The notes beneath the pieces are model-generated. The model saw nothing but the letters and a program-made list of their open reading frames with translations, ran no database searches and had not been told where the DNA came from. Position numbers and translations under genes: made by a program. Shown here one piece after another: positions 1-13,700 of a DNA stretch of 64,000 nt. Position 1 is the stretch's first letter. The number at the start of each line of letters is the position of its first letter. The stretch spans positions 434,001 to 498,000 of the forward strand of contig OZ237745.1 in assembly GCA_965178125.1 (NCBI GenBank). The letters are read 5' to 3'. The DNA comes from Bilabrum cf. latius. Taxonomy: Eukaryota.

Positions 1-1
1 A

Positions 2-910
2 CATGAGTTGGATTCGGCGGGCGAGGGAGACTCTGCAGAAGCGCGAGATTTGTTGAAGAAGACCTAGGAGTTGGCAGTGCGCGCGAAAACGGAGGGGAAT
101 CGGGTTGTAAACGCTGCACGCACAGCTATGACGGCCGCTCAGGCTGACGCCGAACGGGTCCAGGGATTGCGGGAGCGACTGGATGCAAAGTCTGGCGGGT
201 CCTCAAGCGGCCCCAGCAAGTCTGGAGGAGACCGACACCCTTCTTCCCTGGTGCGAGCCAGCAAGTCTGGCTACCTCAAGGATCCCGCCCACTCTGCATC
301 TTCCCCTCGGGTCGGCGCCAGTGGTGACAATGGCAGGGCGGAGGGCAGCAACGGTGCGGTGCCAGACAAAGAGCAAGTGGAACATGTCAAAGACGCGGGA
401 GATGATGAAGAAGAGTAGGCCGAGGATGGCGCCGGTACTGGAGCTGCAGAAACAGGCGCATCGGCTGAGGATCTGTTCTTCGCGACTTCTGTGCCGCCCT
501 CCGCGCGCACTGAGGGGGACCGTGCTGCGGCTGACGGCAGCAGCCCTGCAGGGCAAGCGTCTAGCGGTGCAGGGGGCTCGGCCGCACCAGTTCCTGCAAC
601 TTCTTCTTCTTCGTCGTCGTCGTCATCTGGTGCAGATGCCGCATCTGCGGAGGCTTAGCCCAGTGCATCGGGACGCACTTTGTCAATCGAGGCATCCAGC
701 ATACCAGGCTATGATCCATCCGCGCCTGCCTCCTCCCTTGATGCCCTGAAGGTGCACATGGGCGCATTTGGCGCCGTGGAGGGTGTCACTGCCGACGGGG
801 ATAATGGTGCGGCTGTCCTTGTCCGCTTCGGAGACGCCAAGGCGGCGGAGATGGCGTCACAGATGGGTAGAGCCATGGGAGGAAAGTTGCTCGATGTGAA
901 GGTGGTGTGA
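2..910 (+). CDS. 3' part of an RNA-binding protein with a C-terminal RRM-like domain (RBM26/27-like); 5' end lies outside the window
   Basis: One frame from 2 to TGA 908-910, interrupted only by TAG at 65, 416 and 656. The C-terminus LKVHMGAFGAVEGV...AVLVRFGDAKAAEMASQMGRAMGGKLLDVKVV has an RRM pattern like the last RRM of RBM26/27, after a coiled-coil/low-complexity stretch. Confidence 0.5.
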
Positions 911-1089
911 CTCTTCTGGGTGAAATGGGTGAGTTAATAAGGCTGGAATTCCTGATATTAAATTGTTTTGCGTAGAAATCCGGATTCCGGATACAGCCAA
1001 TCCAGGTCCTGGTAGAACGCCGCAGTGCCCAATAATCGATGCTTCGAAACAAATGGGGCCGTCCACCGGATCAACTAAAGAGAACCACA

Positions 1090-4000
1090 TCATGCAGGGG
1101 GGCCAGGGGGTGGCCGGGGCGCCTGTTTCTTGCCGGTTGGTGCCGGCGCTTTCGGGCTTTTTCTGCCATGGGGCGGTCTGCGCGCACTGGCTGGCCTGCC
1201 TGCTGCCGGCGGCGACGACACTAAACTGGAAGGATCTTTCGCAGTACTCGGCGGTGCTGGGGGCGGCCTGGCCCCTTTCGGGGGTGCAGGCCTGGAGCTC
1301 TTGCTTGGGGGTGATGGTCTGCCTCCCTTGGGTGCCTTGGGTGCGCCGCGGCTTGGGGGCGCTCTCGGCCCGTTGCCTGGTGGGTCTCTTGGTGGGGCTC
1401 GGGGCGATGCGGGGGCGCGGGAGGGCCGCGGGGGAGCCTTCGGCGGTGACTTGGGAGCTGTCGAGTCCCCGGTGCTCTTGTTCCCCGCGTCCTTTTGCTC
1501 CGGTTTTCCCGGGATGAGTGGCATGGCCCTCTGGCGGATCCTTTCGGGCGGCTCACTCGAGCTCCTCCTCGTCCGCTGCATTGCCTCGATGCTGAACCTG
1601 TCTTCATCGCCATCTCCGCCATCCTCATCATCTCTACCAGCTCGATTCCTCGCGTCCCAAGCCCCAGCACCATCTGCAGCGCTGCCAGCTCCGGCGCTAT
1701 CACCGGGAATCTCGCTGTCTAGAGGCGATGAGCCTGTCCCTGCCCTGCTCCGTCCAGTGGGGGCTATCGATGGCTTGCCACCTCTGCTTGAACCATTCTT
1801 GCCAGTGCTTGCGCTCGTTTCATCACTCCTGTCCGTGCCCTTCCCGTCCTCGCCACTGCCAGCCGCAACGTCCAATCCGCGGCTAGACCGAATCCTGCCG
1901 ATCGCACCGAGCATCTGCTGCGAATCAGTGCCGCTGCCTCGGCGCCGGATATCGCCCTCGATCATGTCGCGCAGAGCGGCCGCGTCGTGCTCTTCATCGC
2001 CATCTCCAGCCATCGCTTCCGCCACCTCGGACACGCTCAGCAGAGAGCCGGGCAACGAGGCACGCGACGCTCCAGCGGCGTGTGCATCGGGCGCACTCCC
2101 CAGTAGAGAGCTACCGCCCTCCAAGCTCTTGTGGAAGGACCTGTGCAGCAGTGATTGCCTCCTGCCGCGCCTGCGGTTGGGTCCCAGCGGCGGCAAACCA
2201 TCAGTGCCTGCCCCTGACAGGCTGCCTCGCTGTCCCGACCTCATGTTGTGGGGCAGCGGGGGGTTGCTCTCGCTTCGTGCGCGCTGCATGATCGGTACAG
2301 GGCCCAAGATGTCGCTTTTGGCAGGGTTTGGGCCGATGGGTGGCGGCGTTGGCGGCTTCCTGCCGGGCGGTGCGCCCGCGCTTGCAGCTGCAGCCGCGTT
2401 CTTGCTATCATTGTCCGAGTCATCGCTTCCGATCATGACGATTGCATCAGGATCGCTCTCGTCGCCCGTGTCGTTGGAGCCCTCATTCTCCTCCTCGTCA
2501 TCCTCCTCTTCATCATCTTCTTCTTCTTCATCCTCCTCCAGGATCGCATCTGCGTCTGCCTTGACTGCAGTGGGCCGGCGCTGCTGCGCAGCGGGAGCCT
2601 TCTTCTTCGCTCCAGGAGAGGATGTTTTCTCGGCTGGCGTGCCATTGGCAGCAGCTTCTGCCATCCTCTTTTTCATCGCCAGCTTGGCTGCCTTCTTGAG
2701 CTTCTTGGCGGCCTTCTTTGCCGCCATCTCTGCCTTGGCGGCTTTCTTGGCCTCCTCTCTGTGTCTCCTCTCCTCTGCTCTTGCCACCTTGTTGATCTGC
2801 TTGGCAAACAGCTGCAAGAACTCCTTTAGGTGGTCAAAGAGAACCTGCGGGGGTACTTCTTTGGGATTGTCGCCCAAGAAGGTGCACAGCCTCGAGTAGG
2901 TGTCGGTGGCCTTCTTGACCTGCTCCTGCACCCTGGAGGCAGTGGCAGTGGCTCGGGCCAGGATTGGCTCCACCGCCGACTTGAGCTGCTCATCGTTCGT
3001 AGTATCCGCCCGCTTTGCCAGGTTCTTCACCTGCTAGAGACCTGCTTGAAGCTTGGCGCTGTCTCCAGTGATTGGTTCGAGCCGAAGGAAGGCCAGCTGC
3101 GCCTGCATGAGGGACGGGAAATCGTCCACCACCGCAAGCAGGCGCCTCGAGTGCTTCCAAAGCGTCTCCACGATGAACTCGAGGAAGGAGGCTCCGCTCC
3201 TGGACCGAAGCATCACGGTCTGGTTCAGGCTGCTCATTTTGATACCAGCTGCACCGGCTGCCTTGTGCCCTGCCGTCTCGTTTAGGTGGTTCCCGAGAGG
3301 AAGGATCACGTCCCGCAGGAGCAGCTTGAACTGCCTGCTCGCCTTGACCTCGTCACAGACAGCGAGCAGCAAGCCAGTTCTATCCAGCACGTCGTCCTCC
3401 AGCTCGGCCATGCTTCCCATGAAGGCCATGCATCTGAGGCGGAGGATGCAGGCCGGCACGCCAACCACGATCTTGGCGATGAACCGGTCTGCCAGAGAGA
3501 AGTTCTCATCGATGGGTTCTTTCTTGTCCTCAATGTGCCGCTTGACGGGGTTGACGGCCATAGGATCGAATGCTTGCTTGGCGTTCAGCAACGTCTCGGC
3601 GACGGAGCTGGACATGGACTCGAAGTCCAGGCGGCGGATCGCCTCCGCGGCGTCGTTGAGGTCCATGCGGCCCAGTGTGCCAGCGATGGCGATCTCAATG
3701 TTCTTGGCCGCACCTTGGTCCTATTGAAGCGACTTCTTCGCCTTGTCTTTCTTCTTGGCCCCCACACCTGCAGCACCCGACCCCTTACCTTTGCCCTTGC
3801 CCTTCTTGCCCGACTCCTTCTTTTCGTTGGAAAAGACGTCAAGCATGGAGCTGTACACGCTGTGCATGTTCTGCAGCGTGTGAGGGGGAGACCCTGGGCT
3901 GGTGGGACCAGAGCTGGGGCCGGCACCACCTGCCGCTGGCGGAGATCCAAACATGCCAGCCATTCCACCGCTCTGCCCAAACAGGCCAGGCATGATTGAA

Positions 4001-7000
4001 CCTCTCCTCCTGTCAAAAATGGTGCCTTTCACGTCACCCTTGTCCATCGTCTCCCAGCGGAGGGAACGCACCTTCGGCAGATTCTTCTCGCCGCTCTTGG
4101 TCCCCTTGCCCTTCCCTTTACCCTTGCCCTTGCCCTTGCCCTTGCCGTTCCAGCCCGCCTTGGCTCGATTAGCCTTAATCCTCGCTGCCCTTTCCTGGCG
4201 CTCCTTGGCCTCCTCTTCCTCCTGCAGCCAGCGCACCGACATAGCACAAAATCCAGGAAAGAAGACCCGAGTAGCCACATTCATGCTGCGGCGCTGCCGC
4301 ACAGTACCAACGAATGAACCGAACGCAGCCATCTTTATGCTTCGAATAAGCCTCTTCCTCAGCTTCAACATGAGGCCAGGAAGACCAATGCTGAACGCAA
4401 TCGCTCTAACGGTGTCCTTGCGCCGGTTGTGCGCAGACCGCATCAGCACGCCCACTCCAGCCATTTTGCCCCTGAACATGTCCCACAGCTCGGCCCCGCT
4501 GAGCTTCACCACCTTCATTCGCCTGCCTTTGGGATTGTCCACTACCGCTACAAGGCCCTTCTAAGCCAGCCCACCAGCTCTCCCGATGTCTTGCGACTTC
4601 TCCTCTGCCTCCTCCTACTTGGGATCGATCGGTACACCTGCAACTTCATCAGGCTCGTAGGCATCTGCACTGGTGGAGTCGTTGTGCTGGTCCGGCTTGC
4701 TGCCGTGGTAGTCAGCTTCATCGTAGGCAATCATGCTGCTGTTGCTAGTTCCATTGCCATCTGCGTGCCCACTGCTATATTCTCCGCCAAAATCGCCGGA
4801 GTCAGCGGCCGGACCTTCCGAAGGTAGGTTAGCTGCCGTGGAACCGGAAGCTGCTCCAGCACGAAACAATTCGCCCGGCTCACTAGAATCCTCTAAGCTC
4901 TTCCCGCTTGCCTCGGCAGCTGCTTGCATCTGTGCCCGTTCCCTTTCTGCTGCGTTGCGCAAGCGCTCCGCGATAGGGTCAAACGCAGCCGACGGCTTGG
5001 CATCCCTCTGGTCACTGCCTCCTCGAGACGCCCCACCGACGCCACCGAACAGTGCTTGCAGGGCAGCAGCATCTCCCTCGGCTATGCCTCCTTGTCCAAT
5101 GGCGGCACCCGTACCTTTGATCTCTGCATTTGCCTGCCTCTGCTTTTCAATCCTCTCGCGCTCTGCTGCAGTAGCTGCATCTGCCTGCTTGACTCCTTCC
5201 GTTGCGGCCAACACCCCTGCCAGAGCACTACCGGATAGTCCAGCCTGCAACAAGCCAGCAGCAGCATCAGGATCGGTACTAGCACCAGCACCAGCACCAG
5301 CACCAGCACCAGCACCAGTACCAGCACCAGCACCAGCGCCAGCACCAGCACCAGCACCAGCACCAGCACCGCTTTCGCCGCTGATACCGAGAGCCTATTC
5401 GAAACTGCTCAAGTGCCCGACAGAATCACCTTGGACTGCATCTGCACCGAATGCATGTGACCCGGCTACACCATGAGATGCAGCATCTGCACTATGAGTG
5501 ACTTGACCATCAGCAGTCTGGTCGCCATCGGTGTGCCCTGCACGGGGACTCCCGTGGTCCACAGTGCCGGTTGGATCTGCAATGCCTCGCCGTCTCTGCA
5601 AGCCCACCCGTGCCACCTCCCTCGTCGGTCTGCGAATCACACTGATCGGATTGATGGGCGCGTCAGCTCCTGCCTGCTCCCCGGCCACCACAAGCCCGCC
5701 TGCAGCAATACCAGCAACTAGTCGCTGCCCGGGTCCCAGCCGGAAGCTGCCGCCTGACAGAGCGTGCCCGACGTACAGCCCCATACCGGGCTTCTCAGCA
5801 CCACCAGGGACCTCATCTGGCATCATTACGCCACTCTGTGCCACCGATCCATGGGCCCCGTCGATGTCTTGGTCTGATGGTTCGGCCAAGCTTGCCTCCA
5901 GCACGCCTCCACTCGCCACGACATTTGCGGCCTCCTGCACCCTTGCAGTGCCTCCGAAGATTGCCGCATCAGCATCAGCCTCTTGGCCCGTCCGAGTGCG
6001 CCCTGATGGCCCGTGAAGCTGCACCGACTGGGACCCGAAGTCGATTCCAAGCTCGTTTTGAAACTGCGAAGATGCTCCAAGCTGGGAGCCGCCATTACCA
6101 GCATCAGGCAGGTACAGGCTGCGTCGAGGCGGCCCCATCCCGTGGTTCGTAACTTCAGCTCCCGCACCATCGCTACTAGGACCAGCGGAGTCATAGGATG
6201 AAAACATGTTGGTTCGCTTTGGAGGAGTTGCTGGCGGCGTGCGAATCTTTCCAGGTCTGCCCTGTGATTCCACACCGCTGGCAGTGACCCCAGGGCTGCC
6301 CCCGCCGAAGCGCCGCCCGGGTGACTCGCCCACATGCTACCTCGGTGTGGCCGCCTCAAAATCGTCGTCCACATCGACTGGGGTTACCCCATCCAAGATG
6401 TCATCACCCAGGCGGAGCGACTCCGGCGCCACGTTTCTGCCGTATCTAGTGCCCGGAGCGGCCAATGGGGGTGAGCGGGGCGGGGCGGCGTACACCCCAG
6501 GATGGGCCAGCTCATGCCTGCCGGACGGATTTTGCCGACTATCCGCGGACTCGCCAGAACCGCTGCTACTGGTGCGAACCACTCTCGCAAGCGGCGAGCC
6601 TGGCCGCCCTGGCGCCCCTGGAGGCGCACCTGAAGGCGATGAACCGACACCTCTACTGGCCATGGGGATAGGCATCGCTGGCCTGCTTCCGCTAGGTGAA
6701 TCTATCGGGAACCCGCCCGCAGACTCTTGGCTTGAAGTCGGCGATATCACACCATCGGCTGCGAAGGCATCGAAATCTGCTACCACCGCACTGACTAGGT
6801 CCTTGCCGTGCAGGCTGTGTTGCCTGTGCAGCGCACCCGGCACATCATCGCCGCTCGTGCCTGCCCCATCGCCATCCCCGGTCCGGCGCACGCCCTTCGA
6901 TCCACCTTTGCCCATCCCCTAGATCGAGCTGACACGCACCATCTGAGGCTGGCCCAGATCCCCGTTAGCATCAACGACCATTTCTGCTGCTGCACTCGAT

Positions 7001-10000
7001 CCCGTGCCCGCCTCCAACTCTGCTCGCCTGCCCCTGACCTTAGACCTAGCGAGACTGCTGCCACCCGCAGACTTCTGCTTCACTCTGTTGTCCACAACAA
7101 TAGAGTGCATGCGCCCGCGAGCGTGATGCCCCGTCTCGTCCTCCTCGTCCTCCTCGTCCGATGCCTCTGGCACCTGGATGATCGAATACCTGGGCTTCGC
7201 TCCCGGGCCGAGCGCAGGAGAACTGAACGAGTTGACTGAAACCATGCTGTAGGTCGACCCAGAGGACTCAAGCCTGGCCGGGGCGGCCGAAGAAGACTGC
7301 TACTCTTCCAAGAATGAGTCAAGGCCATCAGAAGGCGAGCGGGATGGGTGCATGGAAGGCGATTCGCCCCACTCCGCGCTTGCCGCGGTCCAGCTGCTTG
7401 ATGTGCGGCGCCTCCCGATGGGCTCGAACGCCAGCCTGCCACTCCCGCTCCGCTCTCTCCCGCGGATGCCCCCGGGCCCAGCACCGTTGAGATCGGTACC
7501 ATCACCGGCATCCATAGAATCGTATCGCTGGAAACGACCAGACGGCGGTAGCTGCAGCGAACCCTGGCTGGAATCGCTGCCAGTCTTGCTGCCCCTCCTC
7601 GCGAAATAGCCGCGTGCCACAGATGACGACTTGGATTCGCGCCTCTCTACCTTTGCTCCTGTTGACGAGGCACCTTGGGGCTGGCCAGCGTCATCGGTGG
7701 CACCTGCCCTTAGAGAGAACATCGCACCGGCGTCCTGATCGTGGCTCGGCATGGCCGGAGCAGGCATGTCCATGGAGGGCTCCGGGAATCCCAAACTGCC
7801 ATTTCCCCCGCCAGTTTGGTTCTCCTCCTCTGCAACGGAGGCTTGAATGCCGCCCGCACTCAGACCCAGACCCGCTCCACCCGCCCCCGCTATGCCGAGC
7901 CCTACAGCAGTCCCCTTCCGCTTCAAGGAGCGGGGGGGCCCCGCAACACCACCACCGCCACCGCCACCATTGCTACCGGCTTCGGTCCCTGGACCAGAAC
8001 CAGTCTATGCTGCGAATGAAACCTTGCGTCCCAGCGGGGACCGAGCTGTCCCGCTGGCAGCAAACCCTAACTCGCTGGACGTCGGCACCTGCCCCGACCC
8101 CGCGCCGCCTCCAAGCTGAAACAAGTCTTCCATGCCGTCACCGAGCATTCTTCCGGCCGAACGGTATGAGCCGCCACCGACTCTGAACGATTTGCCGCGC
8201 TTCGGCAGAGCGTCGCCGAACCGCTTGGTGGACCCGTCATCCACGGCAGGCTGAAGCTCGGCGAGTGCTGCTTCGACTTCCCTATCATCGACATCCTCCT
8301 CCTCCACGATGCTCTCCACGTCATCGTGCATGGAATACGGATTAAAAGGCGTGGGCGGTGCATCAGGAGTGCCTGGCGGCTGCAGCGGTGACTTTGGCCC
8401 AATGGCTTGGCTTCGGTTGGCACCCGGTGACCCATTCTGACCTAGTGCGCCACCCATGCGCCCGCCCTCTACACCCCCATCGCCCCCGTCTACACCAATT
8501 CGCACGGCCGATGCCCTTGCTCGCGCAGCTGCCCTCCTCACAGCACCCCAGTCCCCCTTGCCGTCCTCAGCCTCTCGCACTGCCTTGCCGAACTCCGCAA
8601 GGGCGGCAAAATCCGATTCCAGCTGCGCGTCGCTGCGTTCTTCCGGGGCAGAAGATACCCGAATACCCCCAATACCATCAGCATTACCCTGTCGGAGATT
8701 CTACTGTCCCAGTTCCTGCCTCTGGCGCTGCAGCTCCTTCGCAGTCAGCTGCTTCACTCCTGGCTGCAGCACTCCGAGCTCTTGCTGGCTGTACTCGCTC
8801 ACTGGCTTGTCCCCAATGCTGCTAGCCGACCCCGTTGTGCTGCTGTTCCCTGGGGTCAACCTGGGCCCCCGTGTAAACGCGAGTGCCTCCCTCTCTCGCG
8901 TGCCCCAGTAGTCCCCATCGTCTGCCCCGTCGTCGTCATGCAGTGACTCGTCCCGACTGGTGCCGGTGCCAGTGCCCGTGCCCGCCGACTGAGAATTACT
9001 GTACGGTACGATAGAGCGCTTTATCGACCCTCTTTCCCTCCTGTTCGTGGTTCCAATCGCGAGCACGCTGGGGTCACCGGTGATGGCAGAGAGTGCCTCC
9101 GTCCCATAGACCACGTGTGATCGAGGAAACCAGCCGGAGTGGCCCAACACAGAGCGACTAAAGGCGTCTATTGTTGTTGTTGTTCCCTGGGATGACCTGC
9201 CACTCATCACACCTAATTTCTCGATGGTTCCGAACCACCATTCGCTGCTCCTCCTCCACTCGGATACGCGCACAAGGTCCCCGGGGTTGATGGACAGCTC
9301 GTTGCCGCCGGGAGACGCGTGAAACGCGTGCACGCAGCAGGACCGGAAACTTTTTGGGGCAGTTGTTCGCCCGCTAGAGGGTGTCCCCTTGCTCATTGGA
9401 AGAGACGAAGGAGTGCCAGTGGGCGGAGCGTCTAGGCCCAGATCAGCCAGGTCTGGGGCATGGAGGCTGGCCGACGCATCGGAGCTGTCGCTGCTCACCG
9501 ACTTGCCTTCCTGCTCGAGACTCCCACCGCCGCTGCTGGCGCCGTCCATGCTGTGTGACGAGTGCAAATGCTCGGTGATCTCGACGAGCGACCGGTGAAG
9601 CTCGGGGTCACGGCGCCGCGCCGCAGTGGCAATCTTCGCGAGCGATGCCGTGGTGCGGCGCCGGCTGCGTCGGGCTGCCTCTAATCGTGATCCACGCGTG
9701 ACGAGCGAGCCGCGGCGGCTGCCGGGCCCGTTCAGCAAGCCTGGCTTCAAGTCGGCTGCCGACGAACAAGTGCCAGTGCGGCTGCCGCCTTGGCTTCGTT
9801 GCACTCCAGCGTCGGGCAAGGTCGCGTAGGGAGACGGCACAGGAATTCTACGCCACTAGTCATCCTAATCTTTCAGTTCCTAGCGAAGCACTGCTTCTCG
9901 CAGCATGTCTTGGCGTGCGAGCACTCGAGCGAGCAGGTCTTGCTCCGAGCTTGCCTCCAGCTACAGCCTCCCAGCGGATGCGATTGCCTCTGATAGCTTG

Positions 10001-10548
10001 TCTAGTGCACTAACCATGCTGCTTGAATACTGATCCGGAAGCTTTGGCAACTTGGGAAGTTCTGCGAGTGCGGAGGCCGGCTTGTCCGCATGCCGAACGG
10101 ACTCGGTCCTCTTGGTGCTGTTGCTGCCAGGCAAAGAGCTGCTGCAGGGAAGTAGTCCCTACTTCATGTCAACCAACATTTCAGCTAATCTCTCCTTGTA
10201 TGATCGCCATGCTTCAAGGTTTCCTTCCTTCTGGATTCCCTCCTTGCTTGCTGCTGCAAGCACCGCTCCGTCCGTCTCACACACCTGCGCAACCTATCGC
10301 AAGAGCTTGGCTTCAGCGGCAGTTGCGCGGGTCGATCCCAGCGCATACCTTGCCCGAATGGTTGCGGCTCTTCTTGTTCGGACAACTTGATTTTGTGTCA
10401 TACTTGCAGATGCTGAATCTAACAGACTGCCGATCAGCTGCAATTCTGCGCCACGAGCTTCTTCGATTTCTTGTTGAAAATCGGATGATTTCGTTGCATA
10501 GGAGTGTTCATCGCTCGTGTGGCCTGCGCCGGGCATACCCGTAGCCAT
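1090..10548 (-). CDS. giant formin-like protein (SH3 + FH2, Pro-rich C-terminal tail), ~3152 aa with TAG=Gln
   Basis: The listed minus ORFs 1090, 3034, 3721, 4615, 5395, 6337, 6919, 7300, 8005, 8701 and 10294 share one frame. I read the gaps: only TAG (16x), no TAA/TGA, from ATG 10548 to TGA 1090. FH2 motifs KVRSLRWETM...KGTIF, AKNIEIAI and VILPLGNHLN...GAAGIKMSSL...SFLEFIV at ~2780-4085. SH3 HAFHAS..NELSINPGDLVRV..EWWFG..GWFPRSHV at ~9110-9345. Confidence 0.85.
5281..5370 (-). repeat. coding hexamer microsatellite (GGTGCT)n encoding (Gly-Ala)n inside the formin
   Basis: agcacc repeated ~15 times, in frame with the formin ORF. Confidence 0.85.
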
Positions 10549-10764
10549 CGCTATCGCGGTATTTTAGCACTTGCAGATGCGCTGGTGCAGTTTTGGTCGC
10601 AATAAATTTGTAACGAATGGTTAGAATTAATCGGAAATTCGATGCGACGCGCAACAGGGAACCAGCCCTTGGCGGAGATCCTTTGGCGCACACTCTACCG
10701 ACCCAAGCGTTCCACATCGACGCTTGTGACCGCTTTGTTTTAACTGGCATACAAAGTTTTCAAC

Positions 10765-13700
10765 ATGGCTTTAGCAGCCGCAGCATCGATGCCTGTGAGC
10801 CGTGAGGGCGGAGCCACCATCGAGTCCAAGGAAGGTGTTAGCATCAAGATCGCCAGCCCCGACACGGATTCCAAGGCGCTTGGTTTCACGACGTCAGAGG
10901 AGGAGGAACTTAAGTTGTGCTTGGTTGATATTCAGGTGACAGCAGCTAGGGAAGTGTCCAAGGTAGATGTGGCGAGGATCGGAATGCCCTCAGCTGAGGC
11001 TGCCACCGTGGACGTGGAAGGCAAGGCTGTCCAGAAGGAGGGCCCGAAGGAGACTCAGTACCAGGTAGTCTCGCGGTATGTAAAGCGAAGATCTCCTTCG
11101 TCGCCGTCGAGCGGAGCAGGCGAGAGCAAGTCGGCCGACGGGGAAGACGGATTGCCAAAGGTCGAGATTCGGCGCGTCTGGCGGTCCTGGGAGGACTTCA
11201 AGGAGCTTGAGAAAGCTTTGACCCATGACAAAGCAGCAAGGGCAGCTATGGAAGACAATGCCATCTCTCTGCCATCGGAAGGCTGGTACGCTGTCACGCT
11301 GCCCCAGTCTGGCGAGGTTTCCTTCGAGGCGAGGGCTCGGGCACAGGCGCTCGCGCAGCGCGCACAGGCGGCAGCCGCTGCCGGCAAGCACGCAGAGGCA
11401 GAGCGCGCTCGGGAGGAATCTGCAGCCGCGGATCCTACCTGTTTGCGCCTGGCATTGCTCGGCGAGTACCTGAAGAGCCTCCTCGGGCTGAGGCAAGCCA
11501 GGGATTGCACCGCTTTGCGGTCATTTCTCCGCAAAAAGTTGCGGCCTGACTGGCCCGCTCCCCTTGGGCCAATCAATTTGGAAGAGCAGGATCTTCCGCA
11601 TGCTTCGTCCGTGACCGAGTGGTGGTACCTGAACTGCCATTTCGAGGACGAGGCCGGCAGGCCGCACTCGGCCTTCGTCGCGTTTTTCCGCGCCGTGGCC
11701 GCCAACGACGCCAAGGGCGACAAGATCTGGATGGAAGCTCTCAACTGGGCCATCACTGACGTGCGAGCGGGCCGGTACCTCCAGGAATCGCTCATGCACA
11801 AGGATTCTCCCGGCGTGCTCGCCGACATGTTCGATCAGGGGCTCGTCACCAAGGACAACATGATCCGCAAGGCGTACCGGATGGTGTTCGACAAAAAGAA
11901 CGTCCCGCTGCCCGACAGGATCTTCCCTGACGACCCGGTGGTGCACCACGACCGGCTGGAGCTCGACTACGTGTACGCGACGCTCAAGAAGGACGAGGCC
12001 GGAGACTACCTGCTCACCGCAAAGACCCACGACGGCAAGGCCGGCATCGACCTCAAGTTCCACCCCACAAAGCCTCCAGTCAGGCACGGCGTGGACGGCG
12101 TGGTCATGGGCCACGACGGCGACGACATGTTCTACTACCTCATCCCCAGGTGCGAGGTCACGGGCACCTTCCGGCTGGACGACGAGGCCCTCCCCGCGGA
12201 CAGCCAGGAGGCGCAGGCGGACGAGGAGGGGGACAAGTACATGTGGATGGGCCGTTCCCTCAAGACCATCAAGGACCCGAAGAAGGAGGCAAAGAAGAAG
12301 GCCTACCAGGCGGCCGCGCACGGCGACTCGCCGGTGGCTCGCGATCTCGCCCAGGAGGCCGTCGCCAGGCTGGAGGCGGTCGCGAGCGGCCGCGCCATGG
12401 GCGAGTCCGAGTCGAAGGCGAGGGCCGAGGCGGAGAGCAAGGCGGCCGCGGAGGGCGGCGTGCCCGCGTCCGGCGGTGCCGCCGAGTCTGCTCGCCAGGC
12501 CGCCAAGGCCGACGCCAAGCCCAAGAGGGCGGGCGTGCCCGACGGCGTCTGGCGCACTGTGGTGAACGGACAGGGCTGGTACGACCACGAGTTCGGTGGG
12601 GAGCGCGCCGAGGGCAACGAGAAGCAGCAGGGGACCCACTATGCCTGGAACTGGGCCGCCATCCAGCTCGACAACGGCATGGAGGTGTCGGTGGCCACGC
12701 TCAGCAACCCCCGCGAGGCCGCCAAGCTGGTCAAGGAGGGCAAGTGCCCGACGGGCGCCGAGCTCGGCCGGAGGGTCATCCTCATCGACAGGGAGGGCAG
12801 GAGGACAGAGGCCGCTGACGTTGAATTCATCGGGACGAACAACTGGACATCCCTGAGGACCTTTTACGACTACCCCACGCAGTTCACGCTGCAGGTGCCG
12901 TCGCTTGGCCTCGACCTCAAGCTGTCCGCGGACGTGGATGACCAGGAGTTCGTGACGATCATCGCCAAGCCCGCCTTCTGGGAAGGCCGCGTGACGATCG
13001 AGGGCAGCCTGGGCGGGCAGGCGGTGAGCGGGGTCGGCTTCATCGAGCGCAACGGCTTCAACGAGATGGCCAGCGTGATGGAGTTCTTCAAGCGCGTGGG
13101 CGGGCAGGTCCGCAAGGCCGTGCAGTTCGTGTACCCCGACAACCCCTCTCTCGAGGACGGCGTGATGCTCATCGCCTCGGAGGACACGAAGCACTACGTG
13201 CAAGGGGTAGACATGACGCAGATCGACAAGAACCTGCTCAAGCCGGTGAGGCACATCAGCGATCAGGGAGGCAAGAGCTGGCGGTCCTACGGCGCTCTGG
13301 CTTGCATCGACCTCGTGGGCGGCGACTCGCGCAAGTTTGCCCACTGGCTGGCCATGCCCGAGTTCATGCACGTCGGCTCGCTCATCGTGGACGACTTTTA
13401 GGACGACAGCAAGCTCAGGCGGGGCGTGCCCTGCTCCCACCTTGTGTACGGCACCAACGTGTCGATCAACGCCGGGACGGCCGCCTACTTCCAGGGCCAG
13501 AAGATGCTGCCGCTCCCCTGCATGTCTCAGAAGACGCTCAACACCGTCTACGACCTGTACTTCGCCGCTCTCCGAGCCGGGCACGCCGGCCAGGCTCTGG
13601 ACCTTGCTGGCCTGGAGTACTGCATCGACGAGTGCATCGATTCGGGCAACTGGTAGCTGCTGCTGGATCGGATCTTGGCCATCCACAGGCTCAAGACCGC

